Below are positions 40,089 to 53,794 of a stretch of 64,000 nucleotides of DNA, one piece after another. The stretch spans positions 96,162,001-96,226,000 of the forward strand of contig NC_043004.1 of assembly GCF_006345805.1 (NCBI RefSeq). Reading direction: 5' to 3'. The position numbers and the translations under genes were made by a program. Within the stretch, counting starts at the first letter, position 1. Every line of letters starts with the position of its first letter. Source of the stretch: Octopus sinensis. Lineage: Eukaryota. A model generated the notes under the pieces. It was not told the DNA's origin. It ran no database searches and saw only the letters and a list, made by a program, of their open reading frames with translations.

Positions 40089-41492
40089 CTAGCATTATGA
40101 CCCGTCGTTGCCAGGTCATAGTGCTAGTGCATGTATATATGTTTACATATTACATGTACATCTATATATATACATCTACACATAAAATACAAAATACAAA
40201 GTTATATCTTGATATTGCTAGTGATAACAATACTCAAAATATATAACAGACTGGAATTGTAGGCCTGTCTCTTGCAATTTCGATCAATTGTATCTTGTCC
40301 TCCCTCTTGTGTAGAAGTGTGGCTACAATCCAGCCTACCTCTACTTCTGGGGGGACATTCTAAGTTTTTATCGGGGACGTCCTACGTCCCAGATATAAAG
40401 GTAAAGATAAAATATTTCCACTTTGCAAGGTTCAAGTCGAGTACTCCCTTGCACGCTCTGTTGACTCGAATCTTGCTTCTATTGTGGCGAATTTACCGCC
40501 TCTGGTTAGATACTTGATATCTTTCATAGTCACACTAAGACACATTTTGATGGTGCTTTCCTCCAGGTGATCAAATCATTTTTTTTCTCTACATTGTATA
40601 CTTTATAGACAATAGTTTTTTCTTTAGTTTAATTTTTTATTTCGTTTAGTGGTGTTATCCTAGATTCACCGTCTGTGTCGGTGATCAATCTGAAATAGGT
40701 CTGTATTTCTTCCATTTTAATTTTAATGAGTTCGCGTCCACCGACGGCTGCAGCGAAATTCATTTTTGGACTTTCTTCTTTTGAAGGTATTGTAACAAAA
40801 ATGCTTCTGTGTAAATGGTGAAAATATTTTCAATTTCCCCAAACAGGGACACAATTCAATTTTTAAACAATAACCAAAGCTCCTTCTCCCAAAGGGGGAG
40901 GGTTACAGTTTACAATTATTTAAAAAATGCAACACAACAACGCTTCCCTTACGAGGAACCAACAAATGTGATAACAATAGTTAAACAGTAATAATAATAA
41001 CAACAAACCTTACGGTGAATCAAAAAACAGTACGCAGTCGATTTAATTTAATTTATTCCCATTCATGTGAAACCACTTATTCAAGTTCAAGTCATTGATG
41101 CAATTTTATACCAAGTACTATTTTTACTTTTGTTATGTTACGATTATATTATACTTTAGTTTGATTTTAATTATTACTTACTACATATAATTCAAGTGTT
41201 ATTATTATCTCTAATTTTTATTGTTACAGTGAAAGTATCTGACATAAAATAGAGAAATGTTTTTGTTTCACTTTTAACACGTAATACTGAAATAGTGGAG
41301 AAGATATGATATTGCTATGGGCTCGCTCTATGCAAAAGGTTGAACATTTTTTTAGCCCACGAAACTACATGGACCCTAAGTAAGGCATGTGTAAAATTTG
41401 AATGAAATTGGTTGTGTAGTTCTCAAGTTTTAGGGAAACACACAGACAGACAGACACACACACACACATTCTCAGTTTTATATATATAAAGA
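40089..41492 (-). mobile_element. non-autonomous Helitron (1.4 kb) carrying a degenerate coding fragment
   Basis: Minus strand A|TCTTTATATATATAAAA ... hairpin-CTAG|T; no TSD. Confidence 0.85.
40247..40715 (-). pseudogene. degenerate ORF N-terminus, possibly LINE (L1/Tx1-like) ORF1
   Basis: ATG at 40715: MEEIQTYFRLITDTDGESRITPL...KYLTRGGKFATIEARFESTERAREYST*...PLYLGRRTSPIKT*NVPPEVEVGWIVA; 3 stops and 1 frameshift over ~155 codons. Confidence 0.5.
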
Positions 41493-41550
41493 TATATATA
41501 TGTATATATATAAACCTGTATGTATGCTTGTCTGTTTCCATGAATATATA

Positions 41551-42811
41551 AAGGGGTTGGACAAAATAATTGGAACATATGTTAAATTCAATGAATATTT
41601 AGTTAATAAGGAGTTGGTCCTTCTTTAGCTTTCTGAACAGCTTCAATGCATCTAAGAATTGATTTATACAGCGTCCTGACTTCTCTGAAAGAAGCTTGAG
41701 CCATTCTTCCTTCAAAACATACTCCAGTTGTTGCAGACATGACGGTGAAGAGTAACTTGTTGCTCCAAAATGCACCACAGATGCTCAATAATATTAAGAT
41801 CTGGAGACTGAGACGGCTTCTCCATGTATTGTAGCTCACTACTATGTTCTTCATACCAATTCTTAACCACATGAGAGGTGTGTATTGGAGCATTGTCATC
41901 ATGGAAGCTGCACTCACCATTATGGAGTAATATCTGGACCATGCAAAGGACTTGATTACCCAAAATATTCAGATAATCATGGCTGTTGATCCTACCGGCA
42001 GGGCAATGATTGGACCAAGAGAATTCCAAAAAATGGCTGCCCCAGCCATCACAAAACCCACCTCCATGCTTCACTGTAGGAAGAAGGCAGTCAGGATTAA
42101 AAGCTTCCCCAGGCTGTCTCCACACATAAACTCACCCTGCAGTGGGGAAAAGAGGAAAACTGGACTTATCGGAGAATATTATTTACTTCCATTGGTCTGT
42201 CGACCAGTCCTTGTGATTTCTACACGATTTCAGCCTTTTCTGAATGTTTTGATGAGAAACCAGAGGTTTCCTGTTGGTAGCTCTTCCATGATATCCGGCT
42301 TCGTTGAGCTCATGGCAAACAGTGTTGGTCAAAACTTGACTATTTAGATGTTGATTCAGCTCTGTAGTCACTTTAGGGGGAATTGTCCAGTGATTTTTCA
42401 TCACAATGGGATTAAACACTGGTCAGTCTCTTTCAGTGAGCTTCAAAGTCCTGCCGGACTTACTCCTCCTGCTGGAAGTTTTACCCTGCTTCTCAAATTC
42501 TGTCATATTCCTTGGTTAGTAGGTCTCGAAAAACCAAGGAGTTCGGTTGTTCTGGAGATGGAAGCTCTTGCCATTTGAGCACCAACAATTTTCTTCTTTT
42601 CAAACTCAGTGGGGGTCACAAATGTTAGCTTAATTTATACTACGATCTGAAAAAAGAGATAGAATTAATCATTAAATTAGATAAATAAAACCATGTACAA
42701 TATAAAAACAAACACTCACAATGAAATTTGGATGGCTATTCGTAGTATAATGGCTCATTGAAATATTGGAGTTTAAATTTCTACCGTTCCAATTATTTTG
42801 TCCAGCCCCTG
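41551..42811 (-). mobile_element. full-length Tc1-like transposon with a pseudogenised transposase
   Basis: 26-bp TIRs (c/a)agggg(c/t)tggacaaaataattggaac, TA TSD; motifs PTVKHGGG, FHDDNAPIHT, PSQSPDLNIIEHLW split over frames. Confidence 0.95.
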
Positions 42812-43950
42812 TATATATATATTTACATCTCCCACATACATACACGCACCTCCACACCCCCCACACATACACATACACACACATATGCATACACACACAC
42901 ACACAAAAACGCATATATATATATCAACACATTGCAAATTTTCTTGATTGCAGACTTGTAATGGATTCTCCATTTTGTTAATTAAATGAAGTACATAATG
43001 ATCATCATCATCTACATCATCAATTAACATCCATCTTCGATATCAGTTGGGAACCCGAAACCATGTGGTTGGGAAGCAAATTCATACCAAAGAGCAAGAC
43101 CTGCACTTATTCAGATATGTATCTATGTGCATATATAAATGTATGTATATGTAAGTGACATTAGGAAGGGCATGCAACCACAGAAACCATCCTAAAGCAA
43201 ACACTGGATTATGATGCAGTCCCTGACTCATTGGATCTTTGGCAGACAATCCAACCCATGCTAGCATGGAACATCGACCCCAGTATTCAGCTGGTACTTA
43301 TTTTATTGACTCTGAAATATTTGAAAGGCAAAGGTGGTCTTGGCAGAATTGGAACTCAAAACGTAAAGATGGATAAAGTGACATTAAGCACTTTGCTTGG
43401 CATGTTAATGATTCTACCAGCTTTCTACTATTGGCACAAGGCCTGGAATTTGATGGGGGGAGAGATAGTCGATTACATCGACCTCAGTACTTGACTGGTA
43501 CTTAATTTATCTACCCTGAAAGGATGAAAGGTAAAGTCGACCTCGGTGGAATTTGAACTCAGAACGTAGTGACGGGTGAAATACTGCTAAGCATTTCATG
43601 CAGCATGCTAACAATTCTGCCAGCTCCCTGAATTGAACTGTTAGAAATAACAATGAAAGTCTTTCTTAAATAACCACCAAGAACTTTAAGAAAGTGCAGA
43701 AACATTAGATAATGTAACCTCATACACTCAGAATAAAAGATTGGAAGTCATGTCTTAAATGCTTTTGATTCTATTTTGTCCCAATTAGGGCTAAAATTGA
43801 GCTAAACAACAACAGCACAGGCCCTTTATTGTTATTTTGTAAGTTTATTTGCAAAATGCTTAGCAGCATTTCATCTGTCTACATGTTCTGAGTTCAAATT
43901 CTGACAAGGCTGACATTGCCTTTCCTCCTTTTGGGGTAAATAAAACAAGT

Positions 43951-44249
43951 TGTCCCTTCTTGAGCCATGCCTGGCTCATAAGGGCCAGTTTCCCAGTTTC
44001 CTTGACATACAAGTCCCCCACCTGGACAGGATGCCAGTCCTTCGCAGGTGAGCTGCAAGATGCAGGAGGAAAGAGTGAGAGAAAGTTGTGGCGAAACAGT
44101 CATCAGAGGTTCGCCATTACCTTCTGCTGGAGCCGCATGGAGCTTAGGTGTTTTGCTCATAAACATGCACATTGCCCAGTCTGAGATTCGAACCTGGAAT
44201 CCTTCAACCACGAGTCTGCTGCTCAAACCACTAGGCCATGTGCCTCCAC
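43951..44249 (-). mobile_element. SINE with family-B-like head and V-domain-like 3' part, 14-bp TSD, nested in a family-C SINE
   Basis: TSD taaataaaacaagt at 43937-43950 and 44250-44263; contains cctgcgaaggactggcatcctgtccagg. Confidence 0.85.
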
Positions 44250-44504
44250 TAAATAAAACAAGTACCAGTTGAGTACTGTTGTCAATGAAATTGCTGATCT
44301 TGTGCAAAAATTTGGAACTAGTATTGTGTTTGTATTTCATTCTGCTATGTTTTAGGCAGATCCATAATAGAATAAGCCTTTGTTAAATCACATTTCTGTC
44401 ACTTCACCTGGCAACTAAAGTTAAGGATATTATCTGAATTTTAGTGAAGGTTCCTTCTGCAAAATGTTTTATTTCGAAGTGCACCCAACACAAGAATAGG
44501 GATT

Positions 44505-45049
44505 ATTGAATTGAACCAGCCAGGATCCCTGGTCTGGTGGTACGTAAAAAGCACTATCCGACTCGTGGCCGATGCCAGCGCCGCCTCCACTGGCTTCCGT
44601 GCCGGTGGCACGTAAAATACATCAATCTGACCGTACGACAGGCACCCATGCCAACCCCCTTGCTTGTGAAGACATGTTGGGGCAAGCGAAATCGAAATCG
44701 AATTGAACCAGCCAGGATCCCTGGTCTGGTGGTACGTAAAAAGCACTATCCGACTCGTGGTCGATGTCAGCACCGCCTCGTCTGGCTTCCGTGCCGGTGG
44801 CACGTAAAATACACCAATCCGACCGTGGCCGTTGCCAGCCTCGCCTGGCACCTGTGCAGGTGGCACGTAAAAAGCACCCACTACACTCACGGAGTGGTTG
44901 GCGTTAGGAAGGGCATCCAGCTGTAGAAACACTGCCAGATAAGACTGGAGCCTGGTGCAGCCTTCTGGCTTCGCAGATCCCCGGTCGAACCGTCCAACCC
45001 ATGCTAGCATGGAGAACGGACGTTAAACGATGATGATGATGATGATGAT
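44505..45049 (+). mobile_element. RTE LINE 3' tail with an internal ~125-bp duplication
   Basis: aattgaaccagccaggatccc...gaccgt at 44509 and 44701; (GAT)n tail. Confidence 0.88.
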
Positions 45050-45443
45050 AGCATTTCTTTTGGACAGTTACATCTAAATTCTTCAGTATTTAGGCTTTAC
45101 ATCTGCAGTAGAATCCAAAAGAAGGCATTTGTACAGTTGTTTGAACTGCTAGATATAGCAGCCAAACGTACCCTTATTCAACAGGCTTCTCTCAGTTTCT
45201 GTCTACCAAATCCACTACTGACAGACTTTAAGTTGACTTGTGTTAAAGTGAAAGACACTTGCCAAAGATGCTAAGTAGTCGGATTGAACTCAAAGCCACA
45301 TGTTTTGGAAGCAAGCGTCTTCACTACATTACCACACCTGTGTACATTTACTGCACCTGTTCCCACTACCATACCTGTGCCTTTATGTGTGCTTGTGTGT
45401 GTGTGTGTGGATGTGTATGCATGTGTGTGTGTTATTATTTTAA

Positions 45444-45659
45444 CCCTTTAGCGTTCAGATTCTTCTGTCAAGTGTAAAGCTTATGTATTCACACCATTTC
45501 AAATTAATCGTGCATTATTTCATGGCTTTGAGATTTCAACGATGTGATTGTTTATTTTTAAACTCTGTAAGGTAGCTATGAAAGACAATATCTGACCAGT
45601 CTGAAGATAGAACAGGTAGACTATTTTGCCTGGATATGACCAGTTTAAACACTAATGAG
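45444..45659. mobile_element. piggyBac-type MITE with TTAA TSD
   Basis: TTAA|ccctttagcgttcaga ... tttaaacactaatgag|TTAA. Confidence 0.72.
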
Positions 45660-45954
45660 TTAAAGCAAGTTTAGAATAACAAGAGATTATTTATTGATAG
45701 AGTGAAGCAATAGTCTAAGTAGAATCTAATTGTGAAATTTGTTTTCACTGTGTCTTCAAGTTTCCTTTAATGATGGTTTATACTGGATGTATAAGCCATA
45801 AGGCAAAAACCTAATGTCCTCACTCAGCACAAACTTATAACAAATTAAAATCTACATTCAGTTTTGTGTCTCCCAATCAGTAAATATTTTGCAGTTATTC
45901 TTTAAACTTATTTTGTAATACTAATCTTAAATAATATTTATACACACATATGTT

Positions 45955-46399
45955 ACTCTTTTACTCTTTCACTTGTTTCAGTCATTTGACTGTAGCCATG
46001 CTGGAGCACCGCCTTTAGTCGAGCAAATCGACCCCAGGGCTTATTCTTTGTAAGCCTAGTACTTACTCTATCGGTATTCTTTGCCGAACTTCTAAGTTAC
46101 GGGGATATAAACATACCAGCATCGATTGTCAAGTGATGTTAAGGGGACAAACACAGACAGACAAACATATATACACACACGCATATATATCATCATCGTT
46201 TAGCGTCCGCTTTCCATGCTGGCATGATATATATATATATATATACGATGGCCTTCTTTCAGTTTCCATCTACCAAATCCACTCACAATGCTTTGGTTGA
46301 CCCGAGGCTATAGTAAAAGACACTTGCCCAAGGTGCCACACAGTGGGATTGAACCTGGAACCATGTGGTTTGTAAGCAAGCTACTTACTACACAGCCAC
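45955..46399 (-). mobile_element. SINE family A containing a ~37-bp LINE 3' tip (46190-46226)
   Basis: catcatcgtttagcgtccgctttccatgctggcatg sits in the SINE's internal TA tract. Confidence 0.9.
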
Positions 46400-46468
46400 C
46401 TATATATGCATATATGTTTATGTATTTATATACATGTACATATATGTATACATATGTGTGTATATGTA

Positions 46469-46533
<65 letters not shown>

Positions 46534-47160
46534 ATATATATACACGCATACATACATACACAGAAATAGATAAATAGGTAGGTAGAAAATCATAGACACA
46601 TACACACATATACACATATAATTCTGCATGTATGTGTATGTGCATCTATGTGTCATGTGTGTGCATGTGTGTTTCTGTGCCAATGTGCAAGTATCAATTT
46701 GCATATGCATACATCGACGTGTATCAGATCCTGTGGCACCACCACTGGGTATTAAAGTGCACGCGTGCGTGTATATACGTGTCCATGTATGTGACTTGTT
46801 TTTTTGCCCATCTATAACTCTCTCTCTCTCCATAATATCAACCTGAAAGCAATCAAAGAATTTTGAAAGATCTTCCGCTTAAATAGCTTCATTTTAATTC
46901 ACACTTGAAAAGTTTATATCCAGCACAGTGATAGGATGACAATGGAATTATAAAAATGGGAAATTCCAAAAGAATGAAACAGTCTTCAACGGGCATAATG
47001 CTTTTAATGTTATATTTCATTCATTGTTTTCCTTTCTATCAATGCTGTCCTCATTTATCTTCTTTTTGTGATGCCTTTTTTTTTTTTATTATCATGCTTT
47101 TTTTTTTATATATATATACATTTGTCTTCTTTTTCTTCCGCTTCTTCTTTTCTCCTTCTC

Positions 47161-47169
47161 CATCATCAT

Positions 47170-47212
<43 letters not shown>

Positions 47213-47254
47213 CCAATACCATCCCTTGCTTGATGAACACATTATTATCCTGAC

Positions 47255-47285
<31 letters not shown>

Positions 47286-47315
47286 GCCGCCGCCGCCGCC
47301 ACCGCCGCCACCACC

Positions 47316-47382
<67 letters not shown>
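47161..47382. repeat. (CAT)n, (CTA)n, (CCG)n and (CCA)n microsatellites
   Basis: Seen directly; explains ORF 46956..47468. Confidence 0.95.
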
Positions 47383-48848
47383 GCATTATTATCAGTATTG
47401 AATGTAGTTTTTGGTTGTCACTGTTTTCGTCTTTTATTTTCACCTTTTATTATTTCGATTGTTTTTAATATTATTATTTATTGAAGTTTTTTTAAAATTT
47501 TTATTTTCATTTTTATTTTTATTTTTATTCTTCTCTATTCCAAATTATTAGTGAAATGCCATATTGGAGATTGGGACATATGGGTGGGGTGGTGGGTGGC
47601 GGAGGAGGGTAGGGAACAACAACAATTAAAAAAAAAATATAAAAAATAATAATAAAACTAAAATAAACTCAGCTAAAACAAATAAACAATAAATAACAAT
47701 AATAAAAAAAAACAGAAACTTTCATAATTTGTGCAGACAATTCAATAGATATAACTACAAGTTGTGTTCTAGAAGTTTCCAAGTCTAGCTTAGCCAAGTG
47801 TAATAACAAAACGAAAATACAGTCACTGAAGACAATGCCAGAGGACTGTTTAAAGGAATCGTAGACACTGTCTGTTGCTGCTTTTTTCACATTTTAATAA
47901 ATTTTAATAAATGTGAAACAATAAAATTCTAACATTCATACATTTCTCACCCCTACTCAATACACTTTGTGACGATTTATACATTGTCTGACTATTGTTT
48001 ACAAATTCAATTTTTTATAAGAATAAATTTAATATATCTCATTTTTAATTATGACTTTTATATTTTTATTTCATCTCACTGATATCATATTGCTTTTGAA
48101 ATTACTTTCAACTTCTCTCTAACTACCCCATCTCTTTGTCTTGGTATATATTTATAAATAAACACACAGTTTCATATATATATATATATACATATATATA
48201 TATTTATGATATATATAATAAAATTAAAATAACAATAGATATAAATTTTATTATGGTTCTCATCTCTGGTTAGGTAGCTTGACCAAAATTCTTCTATAAA
48301 TAATGCATTTCTACAGTTTAAATCACAAGGAAAGCACCAGAAGACATTCCGTCATAATCATCATAATTTAATGTCTACCCTTCCATTCTTGCACAGGTCA
48401 GTTCAAATTTGTTGAGGCAGATTTTCTACAGCCACATGCCCTTTCTGTCCTAAAACCACACCTGTTTTGAAGGGTAATATTTCCATTGGCCTCAGGTGGT
48501 GAGCTGGCAGAATTGTTAGCATACCAGGCAAAATGCTTAGTGGTATTTTGTCCATCTTTTATGTTATGAGTTCAAATTCTGCTGAGGTCACCTTTGCTTT
48601 TTACCCTTTCAGGGTTGATAAAATAAGTACCAGTTGTGCACTTGGGTTAATGTAATTGATTTATTCCCTCTTCTGAACTTGTTGGCCTTGTGCCAAAATT
48701 TGAAACCAACAATTTTCAATGTCCTGACATGTTTTTCACAGAAGACTGGAAAGAAACAAAACATCACTTGTAAGCAGATGATGCTCTTTTACAACCATTG
48801 CATCATCTCAAGTCAAGAATACATGGACATGCACACACAAATACAAAA

Positions 48849-48886
<38 letters not shown>

Positions 48887-48899
48887 ACGATAAACTCTG

Positions 48900-49410
48900 C
48901 TTGCGAAGACCTGTTGAGGCAAGTGAAATTGAAATCAAATTCGATGACTGGCATCGGTGCTAGTGGAGCAATAAGAGCACCATCCGAGCATGATCGTTGC
49001 CAGAGCTGCTAACTGGCTTCAATGCCGGTGGCACATAAAAAGCACCAATCAAGCGTGATTGTTATCAGCGTTGCCTTACTGGCACTTGTGCCGGTGGCAC
49101 ATGAAAAAACATTTGAGCGAGGTTGTTGCCAGTGCTGCTGGACTGGCTCCTGTGCAGGTGGCACATAAAAAACACCATTTGAGTGTGGCCGTTGCCAGTA
49201 CTGCTTGACTAGCCCTCATGCCGGTGGCACACAAAAGCACGCACTACACTCTCAGAGTAGTTGGCGTTAGGAAAGGCATCCAGCTGTAGAAACTCTGCCA
49301 GATCAGATTGGAGCCTGGTGCAGCCATCTGGTTCACCAGTCCTCAGTCAAATCGTCCAACCCATGCTAGCATGGAAAGCAGACGTTAAACAATGATGATG
49401 ATGATGATGA
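48900..49410 (+). mobile_element. RTE LINE 3' UTR and tail
   Basis: Five diverged ~65-bp units, conserved tail, (GAT)n. Confidence 0.88.
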
Positions 49411-51212
49411 CACTCATGTATTCAACTAGCTTATTTCAGTTTCCTCTACCAAATTCATTTACAAGGCTTTAGTTGGCCTGGGGTTACTGCAGAAGGCACT
49501 TGTGCAAGATGGCATGTGATGAGATTAGAAATGAACCCCAAGACCACTTGGTTGGGAAGTATCATCATCATCATTTAGCGTCCGCTTTCCATGCTAGCAT
49601 GGGTTGGACTGTTCAACTGGGGTCTGTGAAACCAGAAGGCTGCATCAGGCCCAGTCTGATCTGGCAACCTATATATATTCATATACTATTCTGCCAGTTC
49701 ACTGCCTTCAATCTGACTGATATTAATAATAAAAACTATGAAGATCACCAAGCAGTAAGGGTATTAAACATTTCTTATGACAGAGATTGTGAGATGAAAC
49801 AAGGCATGGAAACTCTTGTAGAGTTGTTACTAATTCTTACCAAATTACAACCACAGTATTATTTGTCTGCGCTAGAAACAAATATGTTTGAAAGCATTAG
49901 ATATAATTTCTCTTTCAGTAATGTTTGATAAGAATGTAACATGGCAAAACGAACACACATACATGCACCCACACACACAAACACACACATAGACATTCTC
50001 TTTTGATTCTTCAACGTTGGCTCTATTTGGGATAAAGTTTTCCTCTTTTAGTTCTCCAGTGTATTCTCTTTCACTATGATTGCCAAAACATATCTCTGGG
50101 TAGTTTTCTTTACTTTGATAAAATGTCTACTAGAGTTATACACAAAAGAAATCTTGTTTACATAAAATATGTTCTGGGTGCAATGCATCAGATACTTTTT
50201 TTTTTCTACTGAATGTATTGTCTTAGAGTGAAGTTTTTTCTATCATATTCAGATTCCAGTCATTTTTCTTGAGTTTATCAAGTGTTCTTATTCCTTTTAG
50301 AGCAACTCCACAGACTGATAATATTTTTTTTGCAATTTCTGAGTCTTTTCACTTTCAAGAGATTCAATAGATGCATTTTATCATCTCTATCCATTTTTAT
50401 CAGGCTGTGAATGACACATCTAGTGTTCATAGTTGACAACGTGAAAGAACATGGAAATGCATGCATTCTATGATGCAATGATGTAATTCACAGCCCAAAG
50501 CGGCTTTGCACATGTAGTCCAAGAGGCGAATTTTCTACTGTGGCTATATCCACACCAGATGATCATTCCATGTCTAAGTGCACTCAAGTGTGTTAAGTTT
50601 GACTTTACACAAATATATCTTATGCAATGCTGCTTTGTGCAACTTTATTTCTTCAAGGAAACTTCTTGTTTTGTGGTTAATTATATACAATTTCTATATT
50701 TGTCTTTTATTCTATCCTTGACTGCTCGTTTCACAATGTCTTTACATCTGACCATGCTACCTTCCCTTCTGTGTTAAAGTTCCCTTCATAGATTTCTTTT
50801 ATTGCTATGCTATGTTTCCCAGGTCCATAGATGTACATTGACACAGTTATTATTTAAAGTGCACAAAATATTAGTACCAAAATAAGATTACTGCAACTAC
50901 ATAATAAAAATACATAACATTTGATGACTTCTTAAAGTCTTTCCTTCCTTTCTATACAGAACTATGCAAGCATGTTAAGACTTTTGCTTGAAAGAAGCTC
51001 TTTATTTGGAAAGGATGCTTTACAACTTTTAACATAATTTCTTCAAACAAAACTCACAAATGAAGAACATCCTGAACTTGACTCATAAAGCATAGAACAA
51101 TACATAACATGAATTACATATTTTAAGGTTGCTTGTTTCAGAAAAGATAAACATAGTTGCAAACTTAAATAGGTATGGAAATCTACCTTACCTTGTCTGA
51201 TTTTATACATAA

Positions 51213-51608
51213 CTAGCAGTATCGCCCGGCGTTGCTCGGGTTTGTAAGGGAAATAACTATATAAGCATTTTTAGAGATGTAAAGTATAATAGCCATCTCA
51301 ATATGGCTAACTTACAAAGGGGGGATGTTACTGTAGCTTTTTACGTTCTGCGATTTAATAATAAATTTTTAGAGATTTACTTCCCTTATATGTGCCAAAA
51401 ATGCATTAAAAATGGGAAAAATTGATGGTAAATTTGTTTTAAATCGTAGACTCATCGTAGACACGCGCTAATACCCAGAAGGGCTCGATATGAATCACGA
51501 CTATAAGATACCCGCTTTTGGTTAAACTGCACCGCAAAATGTGGGAGTAGTTAGGAATCTAAATCGTAAGAGACAGACAGAACACAACCTCACTTTTATA
51601 TATAAAGA
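51213..51608 (-). mobile_element. non-autonomous Helitron
   Basis: A|TCTTTATATATAAAA ... cccgagcaacgccggg-cgatactg-CTAG|T. Confidence 0.88.
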
Positions 51609-52329
51609 TGTGACCGATTCTTTCATAGTTTCTGAGAAATAAGCATTCCACTTATCCGAACTATTATTTCATTATAGTATAGTATAAGTGGATTAGCAGA
51701 CTGTGTACAAATAATCAAAATAATTTTCAGACAGAATTAATATGACTAGGTTGGGCCTCAAATCACAGGTTGGGCCTCAAATCATAATTTTATCAGCTTT
51801 CATAAGTTCTATTTTAGGTAGAATCCAAGCTATTAATCAATCTAGTTTACAACTATAGTATACTCATCAATTTCACACTTAGGTTGAATATTACCAATCT
51901 GTTTTATTAATAATTTTCTCATATTTAATTATCTACTAATTTATACAATTATTATCCTTCCCGTATTTATTACATTTTCTATAAAATCAACCTTTTATAC
52001 ATATTCATTAACAGAACAAAATATACATATAAATAAAGAAAATATTTTCATTATAATAATAATTCCATCTGATGGGCTTATACACAGAATTTCTGTCACC
52101 CAACATTACTTTATGGCAGTCTAAGATTAGAGTAGCAGATACTTGCTTGAAATACTGAGTAATAGGATTTTCACTCAGAACTTTGTGATTGAGAAGCAGA
52201 CTTCTGAACCTGATAGGGATGCCGTCATCATCATCATCGTCGTCATCGTCATCATCATCGTCAATGTCATTGTCATCATCATCGTCATCATCTGCATTGT
52301 CATCTCCCTTTTCATATCCACTATATCAG

Positions 52330-52540
52330 AAGAGAAAATCCCAGGAGAAGGACATCATGCTCAGAATGGTCAGTGGCAAGAGAGGAAGAGGCCGACCAAG
52401 AACCTGCTGGCTTGACACCATCAAGAGTGATACCGGAATGGACATAACCAATCTGAAAGAAGCGGCCCAGGAAAGAAATGACTGGAGGACACTGATCCAT
52501 GGAGTAACCAAGAGTCGACTTCGACTAAGCGGATAGATAG
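52330..52540 (+). mobile_element. 5'-truncated BovB-like RTE 3' end with (GATA)n tail and 7-bp TSD
   Basis: EKDIMLRMVSGKRGRGRPRTCWLD...WRTLIHGVTKSRLRLSG*; TSD atatcag at 52323-52329 and 52541-52547. Confidence 0.88.
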
Positions 52541-52544
52541 ATAT

Positions 52545-52775
52545 CAGTAGTTCTCAACTAGGGTCCATGTAAGATTTTATCAGAATTTATCTGCAATAAA
52601 TTGGTTATATGCTTACAAAACACAAAATATTGCAACAATTTTTTTTATACAGTTCCTGATAATATTTAATTGCAAACATATAATGTTTTGAAAAACCAAA
52701 TGGCTAGGAGGGTCCATCTGATTAAAATAGATATCAAGGCTTCATAAATAATTAAAAAATGTTTGAGGAACACTG
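52545..52775. mobile_element. hAT (Charlie-like) MITE
   Basis: cagtagttctcaac ... ttgaggaacactg; reconstructed 8-bp flanks cactatat / caatatac. Confidence 0.65.
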
Positions 52776-53160
52776 CAATATACCATGTTTGCATAAGTCA
52801 GATATACAGATCTTGCATATTCAAATGAATACAACAGAGATAAGAAAGCTAATTTTCTTTAAGAGTGCTCAATGTCACACTGAGGTATACATTTCCAGGT
52901 GAAGTTGTGAGAGTCCATTTTATTTCAACTTAAGTTAACTGAAACAGAGTAGATGTCACAGATAATGAGACTATGTAATGACAGCTGATGAAGTCATTAT
53001 TAAAGTAATCATAATTAAATCTGTGACACCGATTACTGACTACTTAGTGTGATATGCAGATTAGATCAATTTTCAGAACAATCTGTAATATTGGTTATGG
53101 ACTCATGTATTAGAGATGCTGAACATACATTTTAAGGGAATGAGGATAATGATATCTTAG

Positions 53161-53612
53161 CATCATCATCATCATGATCATCGTTTAACGTCCGTTCTCC
53201 ATGCTAGCATGGGTTGGACGGTTTGACCGGGGATCTGGGAAGCCAGGAGGCTGCACCAGGCTCCGGTCTTATCTGGCAATGTTTCTACAGCTGGATGCCC
53301 TTCCTAACGCCAACCACTCCATGAGTGTAGTGGGTGCTTTTTACGTGCCACCTGCACTAGAGCCAGGCGAGGCTGGCATCGGCCACGGTCGGATTGGTGC
53401 ATTTTACGTGCCACCTGCACAGAAGCCAGTCGAGGCAGCACTGGCTTTGGCCACGATTCGGATGGTGCTTTTTACGTGCCACTGACACGGAAGACAGTCG
53501 AGGCGGCACTGGCATCGGCCAAGTTTCAGATAGTGCTTATTACGTATCTCCAGTCCAGGGGTCCTGGCATCTGCCGGGTGCCAGTCATAAGATTGCTTAA
53601 ATTTCGATTCCG
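53161..53612 (-). mobile_element. RTE LINE 3' tail
   Basis: Reverse complement of the 44700-45049 subfamily. Confidence 0.88.
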
Positions 53613-53721
53613 ATTGGGTCATCCCATAAATAATGCAGTTTTTTAATACTTCTTTTATTTTTCAAAATTAAGAGAAGCAAAGTTCTTTTTTAATCTAAAA
53701 TATTCTCTCCTTCAAGTTTAA

Positions 53722-53772
53722 TTTGTCAAAATATTTTTGTCGCTATAAGACCGCGACCTGTTCACTGACAAA
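53722..53772 (-). ncRNA. hammerhead G3:C8 variant (GAAA decayed to AAAA)
   Basis: TTTGTCA-GTGAACA-g-GTCGC-ggtcttata-GCGAC-AAA-AATATT-T-TGACAAA. Confidence 0.65.
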
Positions 53773-53794
53773 ATTCCATGCTGCATCTCAGATT

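Noticed and set aside
41603-42620. Tc1 transposase as an active gene
   Set aside because: The coding region is split over several frames with stops.
48950-49240. CRISPR-like pattern of a ~23-bp repeat with ~40-bp spacers (also 55111-55425 and 28260-28810)
   Set aside because: The spacers are homologous to each other, the arrays lie in a LINE 3' UTR, the DNA is eukaryotic and there are no cas genes.
50484-50508. TCACAGCC resembling the miR-2 family seed region
   Set aside because: It lies at the base of the stem and the rest does not match miR-2 as I recall it.
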